Shown here: positions 20,001 to 29,099 of the stretch, in pieces | How positions within the stretch are numbered: position 1 is the first letter of the stretch | Layout: each line of letters begins with the position of its first letter | From: a virus | Strand: one strand, 5' to 3' | DNA: 64,000 nt | Virus record (IMG/VR): IMGVR_UViG_3300009285_002342 | Location: 32,001 to 96,000 of that record | Position numbers and translations under genes: made by a program | The notes under the pieces: generated by a model | Seen by the model: the letters and a program-made list of their open reading frames with translations, nothing else | What the model was told of the DNA's origin: nothing | Database searches by the model: none

Positions 20001-21276
20001 CATTATATTCCCCATATTCTTCTACAAGATGTTGTTGTATTTTATCGGTTTGAGTATTATCAAAATCAAGATCAATATCCGGAAGTGATTTTCTATCTTC
20101 GGAAATAAAACGCTCAAATAAAAGATTATATTTTATCGGGTCTATCACTCTTGTTATTCCGGCGAGCATCGAAGTAAGTGAACCTGCAACCGATCCTCTT
20201 CCAGGCCCAACAGGTATCTTCGCTTCCTTACAGTATTGAATCAATTCATAGATAATAAGAAAATAACGAGAAAAGTTTTTATGCTGAATAACTTGCATTT
20301 CCCTCTTGTATCTTTCTCTATATCCTTCGGGCCATCTTTTTCCGAAAATCTCTTCGCCGCCTTTTTCGCATATTTCAGCTAAAATATCTTCGGCGGTTAA
20401 ATCCGGATTCGCCTTTTCGTATCGGGTAAGCGGAAGGGAAGGAATCATTTTAGGAACTCTAAAATCCCAACACTTCTCCGCTATTTCTACTGTTTTCGTT
20501 AAGGCTTCGTAATACTGTTTTCGATTTAAGATATTTTGTGCTTTAAATTCAGAGACCATTTCGTCTGCGGTTCTTAGATGTAAACCTTTAAAACCGAATT
20601 TCCACCTATCCGGATCTTTCCATTTCGCTTGTCTTTGCACAGCTAAAAGAACTTCTTGAGCTTCCCATTGATTTTCGTACACGTAATGGCAGTCGTTCGT
20701 CGCTATAAGCGGAATATTGTATTTTTCTGAAAGTTGTAGACAAAGGTTATTTATCTTAACTTGTGAGGCAATTTGATGTGGCATTACCTCTAAGTATATT
20801 TCTGTTTTTTCGATTAGATCTTTAAAAAGTTCTTCGCCATTAGGCAGATTAAGAAACGAAGACGAACATCCCGTAAGTAAAATTAAACCGGAAAGATCGG
20901 CGCTTCTTAGCAAGGGAAAATCTATTCTCGGTCTACGGTTAAAACCTTCTAAGTTCGCTACGGTTAGCATCCGATTAAGTTCTTGCCAGCCTTGTAGATT
21001 TTTTACTAAAACAGTAATATGTCCCCTAGATTCTTTTCCAGTAGACTTCATATCGGGTACACAATATAGCTCAGTCCCGAGAATTGGCTTTATTCCTACT
21101 TTATCGAAAGCTTTCTGCCATTTTATATGTGTATCTATATTGGAATGATCAGTGATAGCACAGGCTTTAAACCCTAATTCTACATTTCTTTTTGCGTATT
21201 GTTCCGGTTTGCCGATCCCGTCAAGGAGGCTGTATTCCCCGTGCACGTGCAAATGTATAAAATCGGAATTATTCAT
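17023..21276 (-). CDS. dnaE: DNA polymerase III alpha (PHP + polymerase) fused to a C-terminal family-4 UDG-like domain, containing an intein
   Basis: HLHVH..YSLLDG, TDH, GPGRGSVAGS, PDIDLDF, KIDVL, YGFNAAHA, IKGIG; then CELC, AEAPG, C.P, HPS of UDG4. Confidence 0.93.
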   Translation of the reverse strand: MNNSDFIHLHVHGEYSLLDGIGKPEQYAKRNVELGFKACAITDHSNIDTHIKWQKAFDKVGIKPILGTELYCVPDMKSTGKESRGHITVLVKNLQGWQELNRMLTVANLEGFNRRPRIDFPLLRSADLSGLILLTGCSSSFLNLPNGEELFKDLIEKTEIYLEVMPHQIASQVKINNLCLQLSEKYNIPLIATNDCHYVYENQWEAQEVLLAVQRQAKWKDPDRWKFGFKGLHLRTADEMVSEFKAQNILNRKQYYEALTKTVEIAEKCWDFRVPKMIPSLPLTRYEKANPDLTAEDILAEICEKGGEEIFGKRWPEGYRERYKREMQVIQHKNFSRYFLIIYELIQYCKEAKIPVGPGRGSVAGSLTSMLAGITRVIDPIKYNLLFERFISEDRKSLPDIDLDFDNTQTDKIQQHLVEEYGEYNVVGISTFMRMKSRSSVRDVGRVFELDENDIDEFAKNIEGKGHATGLIKAAAESTREGRKFAVRYPDQLRLACELEGQCRSSGRHPAGLIISGEDLRDGTRGNLVRRSDNIVINWDMVDCDEHAGLVKIDVLKLSTVVVIDEAVKIIDNLDIENIPLDDPKVYKMLSEGDTAGIFQMSGYACKKLCKEMKPDEFNDIVAIGALARPGPLESGMADLYVKRKHGEEWIPLHPKYEEITKSTYGVMAYQEQMMRSMIDLAGFSATDGYNVLKVIGKKRDPKEFEPYRISFFEGCKKLKTLNERQAEKFWQDLLGWAMYGFNAAHATSYGLLAYQTAYLKCNHPKEFLCATLTYGEDKDATISEAEKKGFRIVSPKIGISDTKKWKIKGNDLYAPFSEIKGIGETAAAKCALMKPKRLAKGFFKRQAVGTTKIEQLMEEIKAFDTIPESGPEDWNKYFQFSVSRKSIKLPVIKKIGIVPEAKECELCGLRKQATRVVLPSIGNYNALILAEAPGCITGDSLIDTAFRDKSKSLTGIPIKDLVGQKDFYVYSLDTENKKLVLGKVNRVWKTGRKKVYKVTYEWYFANGKERIRKTSSINVTENHPFLLRYSINKKDPFKGKQETVDYLSIKDGLTIGHSLQPFHRHSYRYNDIGAFNTEMFIESRFLLEQKLGRKLEDKEDCHHIDENRYNDSFDNLESLSVADHAKYHIILNNPMFNEKHREKHSKIMTSLNYRRKLSRKMSQVLKDPKIYAERLEQISKSKKKMAKTLKKKFQTDPNYYWNYLMGRKNSSFFNITDERIKELFKKRFPDEEIPIDDNHKIVAVECIGVEDVYDMEVEKYHNFAVNGIFVHNSTENEQGVGYVGDSGNLLWDELAIHGITRRQVHVANCAMCFPSKTRTPSREETDICFNKWVIPFIRSMNCKLILATGGVALYALTGREKGITKLIGEVEFVEKVNAHVVWCGHPSWVLRNRNENLEKFRTGIAIFAKIFKENAK
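17458..18471 (-). mobile_element. intein (338 aa) with HNH endonuclease
   Basis: Starts CITGDS, TENHPF block B, CHHIDENRYND.FDNL HNH, VYDMEVEKYHNFAVNGIFVHN followed by Ser. Confidence 0.92.
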
Positions 21277-22071
21277 TATCGGAAAAATCCTTTGGCTGGT
21301 ATTTTATGATTTTTAATTCTTTCAGAAGCCTTTTTGTACATCTCTTCGTCTTTTTCGATTAGGATATAGTTTCTTTTTGTATTAAGACAAGCAATACCGC
21401 TAGTACCGCTTCCTGCGCAGTTATCAAGAACCAAATCACCTTCAATCGTATATGTTTTAATTAGATATTCAAATAACGGTACTGGTTTTTGGGTAGGGTG
21501 AATGCCTCTTTCCCTAGGATATAATAAAATACTTTCTGGATATTTTGTATCGTATGTTTTTTTTAAAATCTTCTTTTCTACTATTTCCGCTAAATTTAGC
21601 ACTTTCCGAAGAACATTTGTTTGCCCCGTTTTTAATTTTTTTATATCTCGGTATCATTTTTGGAAAATAATTTATGCTCCCAAAACAAAAAACCAAAACA
21701 TCCTCGTGAACTTTCATAGGAGCGTATTTAGCAGTAACAAAATTCCCTGCAAATTTCTTATTCCAAACCCAAGAATGTTTGTAATTGTTAATATTACTCA
21801 TTACTAGCGCTGAAGTAAAAGGTTGAGATGACGTAAGGATTATCGCACCATTATCTTTAATAATTCTCCTATACTGTTTCCATAACGATTCAAAAGGAAT
21901 AATCACATCCCATTTACAGGCGGTAGTGCCGTAAGGTGGATCGCACAAAACCATATCAATACTCTTATCTTCAATATATTTCATCGCTTGAAGACAATCG
22001 GCATTAATAAGGCTGTTTACTGGCAATCGCCCTACGGATATAACCTCTTTAATATTATTAAAAATATTCAT
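21276..22071 (-). pseudogene. N6/N4 DNA methyltransferase (beta class) split by a frameshift at an A8 run
   Basis: DPPY in 21514..22071; HPTQKP and VLDNCAGSGT in 21276..21602; frames join at T8 21557-21564. Confidence 0.85.
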
Positions 22072-22678
22072 TAATTTTCGCTTTTATCAGTTCCCATTCA
22101 CTTTGATTAATATCTACTTTTGTTCTATTTTCTAACCATGAGACAAATTGTAAATTATCTAATAATAACGCCCCTCCGTTACACTTTGCTTTTATATGAT
22201 CTAAAGACGGTTTAATCCATTTATCTCTCGAAACTCGCCATTTTTCTAAAAGGGTATTAAATTTTTTGTCATTATAAAACTTTTCAATAAACTGCTTATA
22301 TATTTCCGTTGTAAATCCGTTACAATCTCGTTTTCTAGAAAGTGAACGATTAAGATATTTTAATTTTTCAATATCTTCAAAACTATTAAGCCATTCAAGC
22401 GATACATCATATTTTAAATGAGATTTCATATTTTTTAATTTAAAATCCCTTGTCATTTTTTTACCCTTTGACCACGCTTCTCTCCCTTTACAAGCTCTAC
22501 TAATATTGTTTTTATGTTCCTGCGTAAATTCTTTAAGAGTGTTCCTTCTTGTTATTTTAATCCCTTCTTTTTCTAATTTTCTTCTAATTAAATGATGATT
22601 TGTATTAAACTTCTCCGCTATCATCCTTAACGTCCATCTTTCTATTTCGTATAATCGAATTATCTCTTTGGTATTCAT
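22058..22678 (-). mobile_element. free-standing homing endonuclease (HTH + NUMOD3-like + HNH-like)
   Basis: EHKNNISRA.KGR.AW.KG, PSLDHI...GG....NLQ. Confidence 0.75.
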
Positions 22679-22720
22679 AATAATTATTCCCCCTATTAAT
22701 ATAATATCCGTACCTTATAA

Positions 22721-22825
22721 CTAAAATAGAAAGTTATATGGCAGATCACAAAGGATCATATCAATAGTCCGGTCAGGAATATTATCCATAAGTTTTAGGC
22801 AATCACCTAACCAAAATTCACTCAA
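22721..22825 (-). pseudogene. truncated 5' copy of the DNA methyltransferase gene
   Basis: (M)SEFWLGDCLKLMDNIPDRTIDMILCDLPYNFLF* vs ADCLQAMKYIEDKSIDMVLCDPPY downstream. Confidence 0.85.
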
Positions 22826-23355
22826 AATTCATTTCTCCAAATTTCCTGAAATCTACCGATAAACATGTTATTCGCTTCTTTCGAAGGAACTCCGAAATTC
22901 CAACTTAACCTTAATCTTGCTCCGCTAATATTCCAAGGCGCAGGTGGTTTCAGCATTAAAGCGTCCATTTCATTTCCTAAGATAACCGTATCCGCAAATT
23001 TTACTTCTTCGGAAAACGGATAGGTAATACCGAACCGATTAGCAATAACGATATTTAACTTTTCTTCAATCTTAGCGTATCCCTTTAGAAAATGTTTAAT
23101 CGGCTTAGGTACATCCAAAAGATACGCTTCCGAGGCATCGTGCAAAAGTCCTTGTAAAGCATATCTTTCGGGAACGTGAAAGGAGACTAAGACAGAATGC
23201 TCAGCGACCGAATAAAACTTACGGCAATGCCCATTATACCTACACTGATTCGACAAGGACCAAGCGATATCCAAAATATCTATTTCTTCTGAACTAGGAT
23301 CTAAAGGGTAGAATTGCTTGCCTGTATAAGTTTGAATCCAGTCGCCTTTTCTCAT
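22822..23355 (-). CDS. HD-domain phosphohydrolase (YfbR/5'-deoxynucleotidase-like)
   Basis: DIAWSLS..CRYNGH..YSVAEHS...LLHDASEAY..D. Confidence 0.85.
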   Translation of the reverse strand: MRKGDWIQTYTGKQFYPLDPSSEEIDILDIAWSLSNQCRYNGHCRKFYSVAEHSVLVSFHVPERYALQGLLHDASEAYLLDVPKPIKHFLKGYAKIEEKLNIVIANRFGITYPFSEEVKFADTVILGNEMDALMLKPPAPWNISGARLRLSWNFGVPSKEANNMFIGRFQEIWRNEF

Positions 23356-23843
23356 TTTCGTCTCTCCAAATACATAGAATGGGTTGAGCGAAATTCGCCG
23401 GATTCTATGCTTTCTTTAACAGATTTTTGAAACTTTCTTATTGCGTCCATATTACTCTCGCAATTAATGGTTAATTTCGGTTCTACAATATTATTCCAAT
23501 AAAGCCACCAAGTTGGAGATATATACCAAGAATACTTATCCGCCTTATATAGCATACGCAAACCACAATATCCAGAATGTGAACAATGAGCGGCTGTAAA
23601 AATATAAGCTTTTCTTCCAAAAAACCGACCTGCTACTTTAGCTCCTAATTCCCAATGCTTTTTCTTTTGTTCATAATCGCTTAAATAATCTTTACCTATA
23701 TGCCCGATATCGTGGAGAAAGATACAGATAATTTGCCAAAATTTAGGCCAACTCCCGTAAAGTTTTCTCCACGATATTAGGACTAGGAAAGAATGGAAAA
23801 CAGAATGGCATCCAATTAGGATACTTACCGTTCCTTCCTTCAC
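23352..23843 (-). CDS. HD-domain protein
   Basis: H...H, LHDIGH, H..LGA, H, ADK. Confidence 0.65.
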   Translation of the reverse strand: MKEGTVSILIGCHSVFHSFLVLISWRKLYGSWPKFWQIICIFLHDIGHIGKDYLSDYEQKKKHWELGAKVAGRFFGRKAYIFTAAHCSHSGYCGLRMLYKADKYSWYISPTWWLYWNNIVEPKLTINCESNMDAIRKFQKSVKESIESGEFRSTHSMYLERRK

Positions 23844-23847
23844 GATC

Positions 23848-24918
23848 TTATCCCCTTCCCCTTTTCTTCGGTTCGGGTTTTACTTCGGTTTCCACGGGTT
23901 CTTCGGTCGTCGGAGCTTCTTCCTCGTCTGCAATAAGACAGACGGCGTGTCTGAAATTGTCCCCTTCGAAAAGCAAAGCACCGTCAGATACCGTCGCTTT
24001 ATTCGCCTTCGGAATAATCGAAGAGAGATGTTCAGGGGAAGCGACAAATTCAATCTTTTTCCCTTTGTACTTTATCGGGACCGGTTCTATAGCTTTTCCT
24101 TTTATGTTTTCGCACTTCGCAATGATTTCCCAGTTATCTACCGTAATCGTTACCCGCTTCAACTTATTCGATTCTTCGGCTAAAACCTGTACCCTGGACA
24201 AGGCTGCACAAAGTTCTACCGGAAAATCAATCTTCTTTCCTTCTACGTTCAGATATTCGTCTACGTCTTCAAAGTTATCGTCTATCAGCGTATGCGCAAA
24301 GATAGCCCCGTCGTGATTTCGGTAGACGGCTTGCGAATCCGTAATCAGAATTTCCTTTAGCCCGAAGGTAGAAAGAAAGTGTGCGATTTTTGAGGGAATA
24401 AGAATCGGTTTTTCTAAATCGATTTCTTCGGAAAGAATCCTTTCGGTAATACGGAAGTTATCGGAAGACAAAATCCTTTTTCCATCTACGGAAAGACATG
24501 TTAAAACGCCCATAGACGCTTGATCACTCGCGGAGAAGGTACAAAAACCTAATGCTTCGTCGAAATCCTCCGGTAACGGTCGCCAATCCTCCTCTTCAAA
24601 ATCGAAAGAAGGTATATCTTTCGCTTCTACCATCTTCAACCATACTTCCGTCTTTCCTGCCTTAACGTGTAACTCCTTTTCGTCCGCGTCAATTTCCATG
24701 TCTTCCTGGCTGAATTTGTTAAGCAATCTCGTAAATTCATCCGCAGGAATCACCGCCTTTAGATCGGTATCCAAAGGTACGCAAATCGTGATTTCTTCGC
24801 CAGCTCCGATAAGTTTATCATTATCGAAGATTAGCATTCCTGAAAGTTCGGAAATTTTACCGTCGCTTAAAGCCGGTTTTACCTTTTCAATCGCACTTAA
24901 AAGTTCTTTTCGTTTCAT
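23848..24918 (-). CDS. dnaN: DNA polymerase III beta-like sliding clamp
   Basis: RKELLSAIEKV start, SSDNFRI (ATDG.RL-like), three-domain length, acidic. Confidence 0.8.
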   Translation of the reverse strand: MKRKELLSAIEKVKPALSDGKISELSGMLIFDNDKLIGAGEEITICVPLDTDLKAVIPADEFTRLLNKFSQEDMEIDADEKELHVKAGKTEVWLKMVEAKDIPSFDFEEEDWRPLPEDFDEALGFCTFSASDQASMGVLTCLSVDGKRILSSDNFRITERILSEEIDLEKPILIPSKIAHFLSTFGLKEILITDSQAVYRNHDGAIFAHTLIDDNFEDVDEYLNVEGKKIDFPVELCAALSRVQVLAEESNKLKRVTITVDNWEIIAKCENIKGKAIEPVPIKYKGKKIEFVASPEHLSSIIPKANKATVSDGALLFEGDNFRHAVCLIADEEEAPTTEEPVETEVKPEPKKRGRG

Positions 24919-25643
24919 TCTTTCTCCTTCCGTTTAAGTTTTCTCTCCTTTAGTGGTCTTACTGGAATTATTCCGAATCCTAGATTTATTTGTTTTACTT
25001 TAGTCAAATCTTCATATCTCTTAGATTCACCTTTAGGATAATGTAAAATCGGAAATCTAAGATGTTTCCTTGCTTCCTTTGCCCATCTTTTATCGCCATG
25101 AAAATAAATATATCTATGTTTAGGTTTTTGAGGAATTCTTTCTTCTATTTTTCCTTCGTATCTTTCACCGCGAATTTTTCCAGTACAAGATCTTCGATGA
25201 ATTATTTTCCCTTCAGTAGTAAGATATTTCCCTTCGTTAAAAGATCCTTCTCCGGTATAAATCCAATTTAGAGCTTGATAAACATAACCTACATGCCCTT
25301 GATTTTGGTCTGCGTAACTCACAAGGATAAGAGGTTTAGGTAGCAATTTTATTGCATTAGCAGCAAAAAAGGTGGCAAGATTTTTTCTTTCTGAATAATC
25401 AATACAAAGCCGGTTAAATTCTAAAACAGTATCTTTATAATCTTTTCCGCAAACAGAAGCCCCTAAATTCCTATTAGGGCAATATCCAAAAGTCGCTACA
25501 CCTATCGTTCTATTTTTTTCTTTTTCGACCAACGCAAATCCATAAATATTCACTGTAGGCGCTCTACCTGCATAATGCTTTTTTAAAAGCCATTCTTTTG
25601 CTGCCAAACATGGAATCGAAACTATCCGGAATTTATCTTTCAT
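24915..25643 (-). CDS. Mom-like DNA (adenine) modification enzyme
   Basis: KKHYAGR, GVATFG, LEFNRL, SYADQNQGHVGYVYQALNWIYTG; likely start ATG 25643 after AGGAAGG. Confidence 0.8.
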   Translation of the reverse strand: MKDKFRIVSIPCLAAKEWLLKKHYAGRAPTVNIYGFALVEKEKNRTIGVATFGYCPNRNLGASVCGKDYKDTVLEFNRLCIDYSERKNLATFFAANAIKLLPKPLILVSYADQNQGHVGYVYQALNWIYTGEGSFNEGKYLTTEGKIIHRRSCTGKIRGERYEGKIEERIPQKPKHRYIYFHGDKRWAKEARKHLRFPILHYPKGESKRYEDLTKVKQINLGFGIIPVRPLKERKLKRKEKE

Positions 25644-25645
25644 AT

Positions 25646-25740
25646 CCTTCCTACGCTTCGTAGAATCGCTTAGGTTAAACGATCTATCGCTAACCCATAA
25701 TACCCTACGGGTAAAATATTTGAACGCCTTAAAAACGATT
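25646..25740. repeat. dispersed bipartite palindromic element, copy 2
   Basis: CCTTCCTACGCTTCGTAGAATCGCTTAGGTTAAACGATCTA-N35-GAACGCCTTAAAAACGATT. Confidence 0.88.
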
Positions 25741-25773
25741 AAGCGAAGAATCCGCTTCGTTTCCCTTTTTTCT

Positions 25774-25956
25774 TCAATTCTGACATTTGGTAAGTTTTCC
25801 TTGACAACCTTTAGCACCGCATACATTAGGCAAGACCCAACGAAACTTTTTATTTTTCGCTACCCAAAAACCTTGCTTCGAACCGCATATTTCACATTCA
25901 TACCAAGTAGTCTGTTTCTTCTCTTCTTCAGTTTCTTCGTCCCTACACATTTGCAT
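25774..25956 (-). CDS. small zinc-ribbon protein upstream of the mom-like gene
   Basis: CEIC and C....C; AGGAG SD before MQMC. Confidence 0.55.
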   Translation of the reverse strand: MQMCRDEETEEEKKQTTWYECEICGSKQGFWVAKNKKFRWVLPNVCGAKGCQGKLTKCQN

Positions 25957-25967
25957 TTTTAACTCCT

Positions 25968-26093
25968 TTACATACCCCAATATGCCGGCGAAGTCACGCA
26001 CATATCAGCTATTCCGGAAGGTAGGGATTTTAAGACATCTATATTGTGCCCTAAATATATTTTAGAATCACCGAATTCACGATAAGGTTTCAT
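25968..26093 (-). pseudogene. 41-aa N-terminal stub of an N4/N6 DNA methyltransferase
   Basis: MKPYREFGDSKIYLGHNIDVLKSLPSGIADMCVTSPAYWGM* (TSPPYW-like motif). Confidence 0.75.
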
Positions 26094-26851
26094 ATTTTTG
26101 ATCTTACCTTCCGAATAGCAATAGGATTCATTTTTTTCTTAAACGCACGTAAAGACTCGTTCCCTAAATCCCCACAATCATTTACGTATTTTCCGTTTCC
26201 GTATTCTGCCACTTCCCGATAAAACAGCAACCTCATATATTCAGCTAAGTACGGTTCCGCTAAACAAATTGAATAGCGGAAAATTAGATATTTGAAATTC
26301 TCATCCCAAACATTTAAGCCGACAACTTTCTTCCTCTCCATGTCTATCAGAACTTTTCGATTTTTACCGTTTAGACAAAAATCTAACAATACTTCCGCAT
26401 CTTCAATTTGTCTAAAACGCAAAGTCCATTCCGTTAGAAGATCGATAATCGGCGTTACAGGATGCCCCACTACGGCACGAAGATAAGTTAATTTCGGATT
26501 TCGGGCAACGAACTTCCGACTATTTTTACGAAACACTGCCCACTCCCCTCCTTTCATAGTGAGAAAATCGGCAGGATCGTAAATATACTCATAGTCAAGA
26601 AATTCGTTGCCCAACGGGCATTCCGGAAAGTCAGCCCAAAAAGGAGAGTCTTTCCAAAGTGGATTGCCCATTTTTCGGATAACCGGAAACAGTATTTGTT
26701 TTCCCTTATCTTCAACCCAAACTTCGCTTCCGGTATCGTAAACACGAAATTCGGCCCTATCGAAATATTCCTCCGAGCACCAGCAATTCGGCGTTATTCC
26801 GTTAAGGCGAAGAATTTCTAAATATTCTTTCGGACTAATCAGTTTTTTCAT
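26090..26851 (-). CDS. DUF2156 / phosphatidylglycerol lysyltransferase C-terminal-like (GNAT-fold) transferase
   Basis: DYEYIY...L.MKG..W..FRKN..KF and YVND.GDLG..SLR.FK..MNP. Confidence 0.7.
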   Translation of the reverse strand: MKKLISPKEYLEILRLNGITPNCWCSEEYFDRAEFRVYDTGSEVWVEDKGKQILFPVIRKMGNPLWKDSPFWADFPECPLGNEFLDYEYIYDPADFLTMKGGEWAVFRKNSRKFVARNPKLTYLRAVVGHPVTPIIDLLTEWTLRFRQIEDAEVLLDFCLNGKNRKVLIDMERKKVVGLNVWDENFKYLIFRYSICLAEPYLAEYMRLLFYREVAEYGNGKYVNDCGDLGNESLRAFKKKMNPIAIRKVRSKI

Positions 26852-27699
26852 TATCTTCGAAGAAACCCCGTTCCTTTTTGCCTTTTAACGGTTTCTTTTC
26901 TTTCTTCGCCTTCTCTGCTATCAGCCGTTGAATCAGCTTCTTCGACACCCCGCCCGATTTCCTCGATTTCCCGCCCATTTTCTTCCTCCTGTATTGATTC
27001 TAAGAAACATCCTTCGTCATACAGACAACCCGCGACAATTCCTTTCATTCCAAACTTATCCCCTTCGATTACTGCAAAATCATTCTTCTTACCGAAGAAA
27101 AACTTTACAGTATTCGAAAATGTAAAAAGGGCTAAAAGATCGGCGGTCCTTAATCCTATCGGCCCGAAGTCTTCTTTTATCGTCTTCCCCCATGATACCC
27201 CGAAACCCTCTTTCACTTGCGTTAATTCTACGGTAGAACCGGAATAGATGTCCCTTTGTAGAAGAAGCGGTTTCCGATTCTTAGCTGAAACCTCAATATG
27301 ACTAAGGCTTTCTTCTAAAAGAGAAAGAACTTCGGTATGCAAATCCAAACGGTTATCGCCTTTTTTCTTATAAAGTTTCCGAAAAGAATCATCTATTTCG
27401 TCAAAAGTCCGCTTAGAAGTAGCACAAGATTTTTTTCTTACGAAACCAGCGGCGTTTTGCGTAAATACAATTTTCCCGTCTATTAACTTAAAATCCGGCG
27501 AATCGTACTGATTAGATTCCATACCGATCTTTTCAGGAAATTCTTCTTTCGAATCAAAATGCAGAATAACTGTATTGTCGAAGTTGGCTATGTAGATAGA
27601 CTTATTTCCTAAGAAGACTTCGTTTCTTAAATGCCCATTTTGAGTTAAGACTACTGCTATAGAAAGTATTTTTTCGGTCATTTGATTAATCATAAACAA
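26851..27699 (-). CDS. second, divergent sliding-clamp-like protein (tentative)
   Basis: Clamp-like alpha/beta pattern (IYIANFDNTVIL; L.SLSHIEV; PIGLRTADL), acidic tail ending GTGFLRR. Confidence 0.4.
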   Translation of the reverse strand: MFMINQMTEKILSIAVVLTQNGHLRNEVFLGNKSIYIANFDNTVILHFDSKEEFPEKIGMESNQYDSPDFKLIDGKIVFTQNAAGFVRKKSCATSKRTFDEIDDSFRKLYKKKGDNRLDLHTEVLSLLEESLSHIEVSAKNRKPLLLQRDIYSGSTVELTQVKEGFGVSWGKTIKEDFGPIGLRTADLLALFTFSNTVKFFFGKKNDFAVIEGDKFGMKGIVAGCLYDEGCFLESIQEEENGREIEEIGRGVEEADSTADSREGEERKETVKRQKGTGFLRR

Positions 27700-29099
27700 T
27701 CCTCCAAAATTCTTATTCTAAAATCGTCTTCCTTTTCATATTTCCAGATTATCCTTCCTTCGGAATCATTCCCCACCGGTACTATCCCCCTTCCCCAATC
27801 CAGCGAATAAGAAGGATTTCCGCTAAGGTTCCACAATCCAAAAAATTCCTGCTTAAGATTTTCAGAAAGGAAACCCCCGTTTTCTTCTACATACTTTTCG
27901 TATTCATCCCAAGTTACCGCCCGTCCTTTCTGGTTTTTTATGTACCAGATCGCAGACACAGAACTTCCGCGATTAAATTTTGAATCCGGAAAGAAATCCC
28001 CCACTTCGCAACATATCTCGTTTCCGTTTTCCGCTACATTCCCTAAGTCGAAAGTAGAACAACGGAATCCCTTTTCTCTAAAAAGGTCCATAAACTTTCC
28101 TAGAAGAAGGGAACCAAGGGCTTGACTATCGGAAGTAAGCAGATACATCCGGTTAAAATCATATCCTAAATTCGTAAAGTTATTACGGATACCTGGATTG
28201 TTGGCGGAATAGGAATATGTATCGAAGGTAATGTGTCGAACGCCGGCCGCATAAACTTCTTCAATATATTTTTCGACGAATTCCTTTTCGTCATTTATGA
28301 AAACCATCCACGGCTCTATCCTAGCCACAACCCTTATCCCAGCAGAAGATAAAATGCGCATCGCCTCTAACCGCTTTTTGTAAGAAGGCGCTCCCGGCTC
28401 TATCGCTTTTAAGATCCGGTTGTCTGCGGAAATCAAAGTAACGTGTACTGCAGCTTTAGAAGGATTATCCGCTAAAGCGGAAAGGTAAGGTTCTTCGGCA
28501 GGTAAATCCGATTTAGTATTTATCATTATCGGATAATTTCTGTCTTTTAGATGATTCAAAAACGCTAACGCTATTCCGTTCTTCCTTTCTGCGTAAATAA
28601 AATCTTCGAATCGAATTCCTAACCGAATCGGAATACGGTTTTTTATCGCTCTTTGAATATCGGAAGCATTTAACGGAAGTCCCTTAGCGACAACCTCAAA
28701 ATGCCTATCCAGTTCCGCACGAAAATAATCAGGCGGGCAAGATCGTATTCCCATTTCCTCAGTTCTATCCCAAAAGGAAGTGTACAATGTCGCTTTTAGT
28801 ATATCCGCGAAGCAATATTGGCAACGGAAAGGGCACGCCTTTGCGTCATAGCAATCCGCATTGAGGGGCATCGGGCAAGCGGCTGCCCGAAGACTAACCT
28901 CAATAAAATGTTTAATCCTTTCCGTGTTAAATATCTTCTCTTTGTTTTGCCACTTTTGCCTTATCAGATTAAATTCATGATAATTTGTTTTTCTGCCTTT
29001 AATCTTAACTTCGGATTTCAATTTGTCTTTAACGGAAGTTAGAATCTTCTGTCTGGGAATCAGTTTAGAAACTAAAGATCGCAATTCGTAATAATTCAT
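27690..29099 (-). CDS. radical SAM enzyme, spore-photoproduct-lyase-like
   Basis: CPFRCQYC, INTKS, IEPGAPS..KRL, ARIEP, late CC. Confidence 0.88.
   Translation of the reverse strand: MNYYELRSLVSKLIPRQKILTSVKDKLKSEVKIKGRKTNYHEFNLIRQKWQNKEKIFNTERIKHFIEVSLRAAACPMPLNADCYDAKACPFRCQYCFADILKATLYTSFWDRTEEMGIRSCPPDYFRAELDRHFEVVAKGLPLNASDIQRAIKNRIPIRLGIRFEDFIYAERKNGIALAFLNHLKDRNYPIMINTKSDLPAEEPYLSALADNPSKAAVHVTLISADNRILKAIEPGAPSYKKRLEAMRILSSAGIRVVARIEPWMVFINDEKEFVEKYIEEVYAAGVRHITFDTYSYSANNPGIRNNFTNLGYDFNRMYLLTSDSQALGSLLLGKFMDLFREKGFRCSTFDLGNVAENGNEICCEVGDFFPDSKFNRGSSVSAIWYIKNQKGRAVTWDEYEKYVEENGGFLSENLKQEFFGLWNLSGNPSYSLDWGRGIVPVGNDSEGRIIWKYEKEDDFRIRILEDCL

Noticed and set aside
22822-23843. HD hydrolase as DatZ of a 2-aminoadenine (Z-genome) system
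   Set aside because: No PurZ or MazZ in the window; YfbR-like HD proteins are common in phages
25644-25826. 60-aa N-terminal extension of the Mom-like ORF
   Set aside because: It reads through repeat copy 2 and the upstream gene; a good SD precedes ATG 25643
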